A DNA stretch of 7,645 bases. It comes from Azolla caroliniana (Eukaryota; Plantae; Polypodiophyta). Shown here in pieces: positions 1-6,958 of this stretch. The first letter of the stretch is position 1; the number at the start of each line of letters is the position of its first letter. Location of the stretch: positions 1 through 7,645 of the forward strand of contig JBHGNT010001483.1 in assembly GCA_043228905.1 (NCBI GenBank), given 5' to 3'. Both the position numbers and the translations under genes were made by a program. The notes below the pieces were generated by a model. It was not told where the DNA came from. It made no database searches and was given only the letters and a program-made list of their open reading frames with translations.

Positions 1-23
1 AATCAATGAGACCAAAGAAATTA

Positions 24-26
<3 letters not shown>

Positions 27-58
<32 letters not shown>
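27..58. repeat. (GA)16 microsatellite
   Basis: Perfect GA dinucleotide run read directly. Confidence 0.98.
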
Positions 59-62
<4 letters not shown>

Positions 63-135
63 ATGCCATATTGCTATATTAACATCTCCAAACGGCCTCC
101 AAAAAATGGCCTTTGGGACCAATTAAATTTGATAT

Positions 136-158
136 GAGAGAGAGAGAGAGAGAGAGAG
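136..158. repeat. (GA)11G microsatellite, which is (TC)n on the minus strand at the 3' end of the LINE
   Basis: Read directly. A minus-strand AATAAA (175-170) lies 11 nt before it. Confidence 0.97.
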
Positions 159-419
159 GAAAACGAAATTTTATTATCATCCTTGGAGGTCAAATATGAT
201 GTATGTGACCAAAAGTGAAGCACTTTCATATAATGTGTGGAATTGAATAATGATTGTTGTTGTTTAAGAATTTTACTATTGAACGTTGCAATTCATAGTA
301 CACATTGTGATTGTGAGAGGAATGTATGGAAAGTGGGTTAGTTTAATAATGTGTAAAACAAATTCAAATATTTATGCTTGTAAGTGGGGATAGCACATTC
401 ATTCAATCTATGAATGAAG

Positions 420-1306
420 GGAAACTCAAGCCTGAGATATTTGAAGCTTTCTACAGTTTCAGGGGGCTCGTTACTGTGCACAATATATGATTTATCCTTA
501 TTTTGAGTCTTTATGAACATAACCTTTTGGAGTTATTGACACTCAACTCACGATGCATGCCAAAGTTTTCTAATATGCTCATAACGTTTTGGCACTCTAA
601 AGTATTTCCAAAAGGCACCATATCATCTGATTCTAAGAAAAGCACGATAACCACATTCCTATTGGTGGTTTCTTCAAGGTTTTGTTGCTTTACAAAGTCA
701 TTGACCATTTACTCTGATTCATCAATGCATAAACCAACAAAGATGGTTAGTGAGAGTGGGCATCCTTGCAAGAAGAAAGAAAGCATTTGTTAATGCAAGG
801 AAATTTTAGAAATTGGAAGTATATATTCACTTGATACCCCAAGTTCATCCATGCATCTCCAAAGATGCTCACATGGCAGTATATCAAAACCTTTCTTGAA
901 GTTTACAACTTATCAATGTAATCCTTTACCTTTCAAACAACTTTCCTTCTTATACATGGCACTTTGGTGTTTTTGAGAATTGGTTCTTGTTAAGTCTTCT
1001 CACCATTCTTTTCAGCCATTTACCTATCTTAGTGCCCATTACACTTTCAAATAACTTTGCCATAAGAGAATTGAAATTGTTTATGTCTGTTCCTTTATAT
1101 AAAGGTTGATCCAACTTGTACACCAATTGAGGCATATCATGTTGCAATGCACAAATAAACATATCCTCATTTCCCATCCACTTGAGCATTTCGGTCTTGA
1201 TACCTTGATGATCTCTTGCCTTATGGATGGTCAATTTCTGAAGCCGTATCCATATCTCCTCAATAGTAAAGTATAAAGGCATGAGTAAAAGAGAACCATA
1301 AGGCAT
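420..1306 (-). pseudogene. LINE reverse transcriptase domain, pseudogenised (ORF-track fragments 950..1306, 511..708, 338..520)
   Basis: RT motifs as above. Catalytic YADD has decayed to ESDD, there are in-frame stops (GKGLH**VVNF; IDESE*), and internal deletions separate the motifs. Confidence 0.92.
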
Positions 1307-1859
1307 ACCTTTCCTACATTTGATTGCTCATATAAGTTCTTGCAATGGATACCCAAATCTATAAGAGTTAAGTTACCATAATTCTTAGCATGTTTCTCCT
1401 TAATGTTTCTCTAAAAAATTTGCTACATGCATTTTGCTTTATCTTGGGTGTGGAGAAATTGTTGATTAACTTCCCATATATTGTCTTCTTTGTTAAATAA
1501 GTTTTCTTTTTGTGCATGTAGATACTTTTTATGGTTTTCCTGTTTTTTTACTAAAGTCCTAAAGTACTTTTGAGCTTCCAAGCATTCCTTACTAAATCAT
1601 TTTTTTCTTGAGCAACACTTAGTGATGCTTTGCAAGGCATATGCTTAACCAAAAAACAGTTCTTTGTGCATGAAAAAATAACTTTCTTGAAACCTTTGCA
1701 TTTGTATTCTAATGTTACACCATTTTGAAACTTTGTTTTTTGTAACATATCCGCGACCATTTCAGATTACATGGGTGCTCTTTTAAAGGCTGTGCATAAA
1801 TGTGTTTGTCTTGCACTACAGCTGGTTGAACTTCAAGTACTCTAATCCTTTCATACATT

Positions 1860-2744
1860 TAAGACTTGTGATGTGACTTCGGAGCTCATTGGCCAAGAGA
1901 AAATTTATGTATGTGATCCAAGATACCTTCAGAGAGTAGCATATAGTTGATTACACTATTTCCATCATGTTTCACATTCCATAAAGATACACCATTTGCA
2001 ATAAGCATTCCAATACTCTTGCTTGTTAGTAGAAGTAACTTTCCATACTGTCTCGACTAGTTTACCGTTATTTTTTCAACAGGTAAAAACATCAGTCCCA
2101 TTCCATAAAGATAACACCATTTGCAATAATATTCCAGTACTATTGCACGTTTGTATGCATAACTTTCCAGCTGCAAGTCCTATGGTTCAATTCCGGAGTC
2201 CATTGGCAAAGTGAAATATACCTTCTGAAAATAATATATAATCGGTCACCCTATTTCCATTATGTTTTCTACATGTACTACATAGGTGACATTCCATAAA
2301 GATATATCATTTACATTTAAGTATTCCAATACTATTGAACGTCGATAAAAGTTACGTTCCATTTTGTCTCAGCTAATTTTCATCCATAGAAGAATGAGCA
2401 TGCATTGCACCCTTGAGGTATGCAACATGAAATATTGTTTTGCATCATGTTGTAAAATTCGTTATGGGCATTTAAGTATTCCAATACTATTGAACGTCGA
2501 TAAAAGTTACGTTCCATTTTGTCTCAGCTAATTTTCATCCATAGAAGAATGAGCATGCATTGCACCCTTGAGGTATGCAACATGAAATATTGTTTTGCAT
2601 CATGTTGTAAAATTCGTTATGGGCATTCATGACACCAAAGACTATAGCTCTCCCTTGGCTTTTAAGTAAGCAATGTTATCTTCCAGATTGACAAATTGGT
2701 CTCTTTCAAAACAAACATAAAAATTAGAATCATGATAAGGACTT
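1860..2744 (-). pseudogene. LINE APE-endonuclease C-terminal half, with part of it present in three diverged copies
   Basis: Translation from 2743 is SPYHDSNFYVCFERDQFVNLEDNIAYLKAKGE/AIVFGVMNA. The 15-mer CATTCCATAAAGATA (SLWN) occurs at 1975, 2099 and 2290. Confidence 0.85.
2314..2627. repeat. Perfect 155-bp tandem duplication (2314-2468, 2469-2623) with CATT junction microhomology
   Basis: The two copies are identical base for base. CATT occurs at 2314, 2469 and 2624. Confidence 0.97.
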
Positions 2745-2755
2745 AGAGAGAGAGA
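2745..2755. repeat. (AG)5A tract at the LINE 5' junction
   Basis: Read directly. It abuts endonuclease-like coding sequence. Confidence 0.9.
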
Positions 2756-2769
2756 CTTGTTATTTTAAG

Positions 2770-2909
2770 CTGAATTGGAGCGTACCATACGGGAGGAGAT
2801 GGAACGAAATCGTAAAACACAAGATCCCGATGCAATCCGGTTCTTGATAAGTGAAGGAAAACAAAGGCTGAAAGAGCTCCATGTCATGCTCAACAACCAA
2901 GGTTGCTAA
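2770..2909 (+). CDS. LYRM2: Final coding exon (phase 1) of an LYR motif-containing protein 2-like mitochondrial protein; the upstream exon with the LYR motif is not in the window
   Basis: After ttattttAAG| the frame reads xELERTIREEMERNRKTQDPDAIRFLISEGKQRLKELHVMLNNQGC*. This matches the plant LYRM2 C-terminus pattern as I recall it (ELRQTIRQEME.NR...D.Q.IRFLISEG..RLK.L.EML.MQG). An in-frame TAA at 2766-2768 fixes the exon boundary, and GC content is locally higher. Confidence 0.85.
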
Positions 2910-2938
2910 CATGAGGAATGCCTTTTTGCTTAGAACAG

Positions 2939-3072
2939 GCAAGAAATTTCAGTCTTTGAACATATTTTGTGATTTCCAAATATTTTCTTTTATGTAAACT
3001 CACTTGGATGTGAATTATTTATGGCATTTTGCAAGTAATCAACGTTGCTTAAGTTTGCTATTGCATTTACAG
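2939..3072 (+). other. Candidate GC-AG intron in the LYRM2 3' UTR (134 nt)
   Basis: Donor CAG|GCAAGA (GC-donor consensus AG|GCAAG), U-rich body, acceptor TTGCATTTACAG|. Confidence 0.4.
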
Positions 3073-3551
3073 AGGTTGGACACCAGCCATTACAATTATT
3101 GGCTTTCCCACAGTAATCTTGAAGGTCAAGTTATCTGCATTGTCTATTCAGATGTTGTTTGATGCTTTGGCTTGCATTGGAATTCAGATGTGAGAAATGA
3201 TTATTGTTAGACTCATTGTAAAGAAACATTTAACCTATTAGATACAAGGAAAAAATGTGTTGTCTCATTAGGAAACAAAATTTGTACTTTAGTTTATTAT
3301 AGATATAGAGACTTCAAGATGAGATATATTTGTATTTAACATTTTTGCCTAAAAATGAACTTGTGAAATTTTATGCTCTATCTAATCCATTTAGGGTATA
3401 TAATGTGTATACATAGTATTTTTGAAACATTGAACATATGGGAAGACCTATTGGAAATTCAACATTCATTTCAACATGAAGACCTTAAAACCATGCTAAA
3501 TCATCATGATAATAGTAGAACCAAATTGCATGTTCAATGATCAATTTATTT

Positions 3552-3747
3552 TAAGCACTGTTAAAATCTCTGTGGCTATGCCTATTAGTTAGTGTGATTT
3601 CCCATGTGGGACACAGGATGAAAGGAAATGACCACAAATTGTCTTGTAAGCACTGTTAAAATCTCTGTGGCTATGCCCATTATTTAGTGTGATTTCCCAT
3701 GTGGGACACAGGATGAAAGGAAATGACCACAAATTGTCTTGTAAGCA
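3552..3747. repeat. 95-bp tandem duplication (3552-3646, 3647-3741), 2 mismatches, TAAGCA microhomology
   Basis: Direct comparison of the copies. TAAGCA occurs at 3552, 3647 and 3742. Confidence 0.97.
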
Positions 3748-3800
3748 TTTGCAGCTAGATTATTTGATGGTTGTTGACAGTTGTTGAACATTCAAAAGTA

Positions 3801-4127
3801 TTGGTGTTTGAGCTACCATCCATTTTTAGCATTAGGACCTTGCTGCCATAAATTCTGTTTTGTCCTTGCTTTATCCAAATTCTGATTTTCTAATTGATAA
3901 CAATTTGATGTGAGGTACTTTCCATTTTGAGTATTAGGACCTAGCCCCATAAATTCTTTATTATCATTTGCTTTATCTAAATTCTGATTTTCTAATTGAC
4001 AATGATTGATGTTTGAGGCACTAACTATCGATTTCCAGTAATAGAACCTGGCTCCCATAAATTCGTTGTTGTGATTTGCGTTATCCAAATTCTCATTTTC
4101 TAATTGACAAGGACAATTGGTAGTAGG
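3801..4127. repeat. Diverged tandem repeat, three units of ~102-108 bp
   Basis: Shared cores CCATAAATTC and TTATC(C/T)AAATTCT(G/C)ATTTTCTAATTGA(C/T)AA. The TAATTGA anchor is at 3891, 3993 and 4101. Confidence 0.92.
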
Positions 4128-4280
4128 ATGCACGACATTTCTTGTATCCTAATCACAAAAGTGGTGAATTTTGTAGAAGGATGTTTAGGCAATTTGCATT
4201 ATAGTGAAGAGTCATGATATATATAACCTACCATGAATGATGAAGAAAATGGTCACCCTTTGACTTGCATGCTCTCTTCT

Positions 4281-4395
4281 CTATATAAAGACGTTCTAAC
4301 TACCATAAAATATGTAACTATTGTGAACTTGTTCTCTAAAGCCTATATAAAGATGTAACTACGCCATTAATCATATAACTGTTGTGATCTTGGTC
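4281..4395. repeat. Diverged ~62-bp direct duplication, each unit starting with a TATA-like CTATATAAAGA
   Basis: CTATATAAAGA at 4281 and 4343, each followed by ..TAACTAC..CCAT.AA..AT.TAACT.TTGTGA.CTTG.TC. Confidence 0.75.
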
Positions 4396-5028
4396 AACTG
4401 CAATTTGATACAACATATATTCATATTGAAGTAGAGTTGTGTAATTGTGCCATATCAATTGTTAGATTGATGTTTTTTGTGCCCTCTCATCCACATAGGA
4501 GATGTTCATGCCACATGGATCAATCTTTAAAAATGTCAACACCATCATTTGTTGGAAAACATATAGAGTGACTCATGTCTAAGGCATTGTCCATACAAAT
4601 CCTATCATGACCTAATTTATTGATGCCACTTGATAAGTTGATAGCATGACAATGCTATAATGCAAACAAATACGATAGATGAGTTCATAATTTGTCTAGT
4701 CTAGGGTCAAACTTCAAAGGTAGCTTTTGGATGCACATTTCTAATAACCAATTGTTGGAACAAGCATTAAACAAAATTAAAAACAAAAGCTACCCCAATA
4801 TAAGAGCATATGTATGGTATATTTGATCATGGTTGGGACCTCTACTTGCTTAATGATATTAGAAGACATGATGCATTATGATGTGCATTGTACGTGTTAA
4901 TCATAACTCGTGTTGGAAAGGCCAAGAGGCTTGAGCCCAATACCCTTGTTTCTACTAGGGACAAGGTCAAGCTAGGACATTCTATAGAGCCAAAGGGACT
5001 CTATCTTCTTTCAAAATCCTTCATCTTG

Positions 5029-5450
5029 TGTGGCATTACCCCCCCCCCTAGCAATGACTTCTAAATGTTGTCATCTTTAGTATTTGAATATTGTTTATGG
5101 AACAATTGAACCTTAACCGAATCATTTTGAAGTGTGGACCCAAATTTCCAGTACATTTGTTGATATAGCCTTTCTAATTTAACTAAATTTGTGAGCCTAG
5201 AATCGAGAATCGTCTCATGTATTGATGTCTACTTGCCTACACAGGATTTAGTAAAAGAAAATATCAATGGGGTGGTTAAGAGGTTAAAGTGCAACTTTGT
5301 TAACATCAACCATGTGAAACTCTTAGAGAGCTATATGGTAACAATTGACATTGGCTTTGGCATTTATAGAAGATTTTGAAAGGAAATTGAAATTGATCGA
5401 TGGTAAATAATGTTGATCACTCTTTGAAATCAAATAGTCATTTCCTAAGT
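5029..5450 (-). mobile_element. Heavily degraded Ty3/gypsy 3' end: integrase C-terminus / chromodomain-like remnant, polypurine tract and start of the 3' LTR (the LTR continues leftward to an unknown extent)
   Basis: Minus-strand 5219-5061 reads HETILDSRLTNLVK...YWK...FHKQYSNTKDDNI*, preceded by VNKVA...HP. It is followed by the PPT AGGGGGGGGGG (5049-5039), a TAA spacer and TGCCACA (from 5035), which resembles a TGTCACA LTR start. Confidence 0.5.
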
Positions 5451-5452
5451 TC

Positions 5453-5673
5453 ATTACACTTTATAAAGTAATTATACACTCAAATCAACAAGCCCTATTT
5501 GCCAAAGATGGAAGAAATGGACCTGAACTAGCCCTATTTACCAAAGATTTGAGTGTATAATTACTTTATAAATTGTAATTTTTCGGACAATAGGGGTAGT
5601 TTGGTAAATTTGGAACTTCCAGGGGCATTATGGTAAATAGGCAAACTTCCATGGGTATCCTGGTACTTTTTCC
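5453..5673. mobile_element. Mutator-like (MULE)/foldback MITE remnant: long right TIR intact, left TIR reduced to its inner 34 bp
   Basis: 5453-5486 and 5546-5579 are 33/34 inverted repeats. The right end reads GGAAAAAGTACCAGGATACCC inward. There are three ~30-bp subrepeats (5592, 5621, 5651) and a central direct repeat AGCCCTATTT(G/A)CCAAAGAT at 5491 and 5530. No TSD found. Confidence 0.6.
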
Positions 5674-6334
5674 TAATATCAATTACAATTGTAATTATTT
5701 TTGTAGCATCAAATTTGCATTGGTTAAACCATAATACTTTTCTTCAATCTACAGCTTAGTAAGTGGGAAAAGTAAAGGTGAATTTTCTAGGTAACGTCAA
5801 TACACTACAAACTCCAAACCATTTAAAGGAATAAATAAAATACTATGTCAAGGATTGAAGCCAAAAACAATATTAGATTGGAAAGGGAAATAAGAACAAG
5901 AGTTACAAGGTTATGTCAAATATTGGTCTTTAACCATGATGACTTGACAACATTGAGATATTCCCTACATATAACACTCCTGAGTCCTAGCATTATGGAT
6001 GCCTGCCACTTGGAAATCATGCATAACTATCGCGTACTATGTTACAATAACCATCATGTAGAGTGTCACAATAATGTGAGCATATACCATACTAAATATC
6101 AGATTGATTATCTTCTACTCTACGATAATGTTAAGAGTTAAAGTCAGAGGTGCACAATGAGGTCATGGGTTTATGTCCCCTAAAACTTGGGATATCTTCT
6201 TATTTATCTTGTAATAAATTTTCTAATCCGAAAAAAAAGAAGTTATTCTTGGCCTTAGTCTTTCATAGGGTTGAATTGGGGGTTGTTCTGATATTATGAT
6301 TTTTTTTAATGATTAAACCCGCGACTATACGTGC

Positions 6335-6649
6335 TAGGAATCGACAACGGTTCAGTTTCGGCTTCACCGATTTGGCCTTGTTCAAACCAAACTGGTTTAG
6401 CCTAAACCAGTTTGGGAGTTTCCAAACCTAGACCAAACCGGTTCCTAAACCAATTTGGCGAAGGCGATTAAGCCTTAACCCGGCTTGGAAACCGGTTTGG
6501 CCCAAATTAGTTTTGTTCAGTTTGAGCCATCCAAAACCGGTTAAGGAAGCTCAAGCTCAAGCCTAAACCGAACCGAACCAAACTAACTAACCGTTTAAAA
6601 ACGGTTTAGCGGTTCGGTTTAGGCTTGAGCCGAGCCATTGTTGATTCTA
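6335..6649. mobile_element. Non-autonomous hAT-type DNA transposon (315-bp MITE)
   Basis: Imperfect TIRs TAGGAATCGACAACGGTTC and (reverse complement) TAG-AATCAACAATGGCTC. The 8-bp flanks ATACGTGC (6327-6334) and TTACGAGC (6650-6657) match 6/8, consistent with an aged 8-bp TSD. The interior is dense in AACCG/CGGTT motifs, typical of hAT subterminal repeats. Confidence 0.8.
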
Positions 6650-6677
6650 TTACGAGCTTCACTAAGAGAGCTATTTG

Positions 6678-6754
6678 TAATATTATGCAAAAGGTGAGGC
6701 CCATATTTCAAATATTAAGAAAAATGTGAGGCCTCTTTCTAATATTATGCAAAA
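6678..6754. repeat. ~31-bp tandem repeat (2.5 units) containing one site II-like element (AGGCCCA, 6697-6703)
   Basis: TAATATTATGCAAAA is exact at 6678 and 6740, and GTGAGGCC occurs twice. GGCCCA is the reverse complement of the plant site II motif TGGGCY. Confidence 0.65.
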
Positions 6755-6912
6755 CATAGTTCGCAATGCATTGGCAAACATTTCTTTTTTCATACGAATG
6801 AATACGTATGTTATCAAAACATTCTTATGTTTTTTTTCTTACACTTTCTACCTTATAATAAAAAATAATGGATACAAAAGTATGGTATTTACCATAGATT
6901 TCGAGGATGTTT

Positions 6913-6958
6913 ACCATACGCGAATGCGAATGCACGTATGGTGCAAAATATACTCTAG
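6913..6958 (+). mobile_element. Possible Helitron 3' terminus (hairpin + CTAG|T)
   Basis: Stem ACCATACG/CGTATGGT (6913-6920/6935-6942), a 12-nt spacer, then CTAG (6955-6958) followed by T. No clean A|TC 5' end was identified. Confidence 0.35.

Larger units (their letters stand above)
159..2744 (-). mobile_element. Decayed, 5'-truncated non-LTR retrotransposon (LINE, APE endonuclease + reverse transcriptase; RTE-like, clade unverified), antisense within the LYRM2 intron
   Basis: Minus-strand motifs appear in canonical order, with stops and frameshifts. Endonuclease: IVFGVMNA (GDxNA motif, ~2645-2622), GMLIANG, SVINYMLLS (IDY), PKSHH (SDH). RT: FTIEEI..LQKL..HKARD..GI..EMLK, PLYKG, LMAKLF, VNFKKGFD (906-883; DFxKAFD), QGCPLS (768-751), FLESDDMV (ESDD at 633-622; YADD), ETVESFKYL. 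These are followed by a short C-terminal remnant, AATAAA and (TC)n. The 3' part (159-~400) is less certain than the rest. Confidence 0.93.

Noticed and set aside
503-793. 96-aa + strand ORF
   Set aside because: Antisense shadow of the LINE RT; no recognisable motifs.
1551-1760. 69-aa minus-strand ORF as an independent gene
   Set aside because: Lies between the endonuclease and RT motifs on the LINE strand, so it is best read as decayed linker.
2023-2214. 63-aa + strand ORF
   Set aside because: Non-ATG start and antisense to the endonuclease repeats.
2740-2769. U12-type intron as the explanation for the odd LYRM2 acceptor
   Set aside because: No TCCTTRAY branch motif upstream of the AG, and the donor is outside the window.
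2760-2942. 60-aa minus-strand ORF
   Set aside because: Antisense shadow of the LYRM2 exon; non-ATG start.
3801-4127. CRISPR-like repeat/spacer array
   Set aside because: The intervening sequences are homologous to each other, the repeats are degenerate, the context is eukaryotic and there are no cas genes.
4230-4330. C/D snoRNA suggested by ATGATGA at ~4237
   Set aside because: No CTGA D box at a suitable distance and no terminal stem.
4840-4895. CLMILEDMMHYDVHC as a LINE C-terminal zinc motif (+ strand)
   Set aside because: Too short, no flanking support, and it overlaps the presumed LTR.
5191-5379. 62-aa + strand ORF
   Set aside because: GTG start, no family motif, and antisense to the gypsy-like remnant.
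5681-5696. 16-bp palindrome AATTACAATTGTAATT
   Set aside because: Real but very AT-rich and isolated; no function can be supported.
5845-6141. 98-aa His/Cys-containing + strand ORF
   Set aside because: No recognisable domain or splice context. A faint resemblance to LINE C-termini (LTTLRYSLH, CHLE) is too weak to call, so the region is left unassigned.
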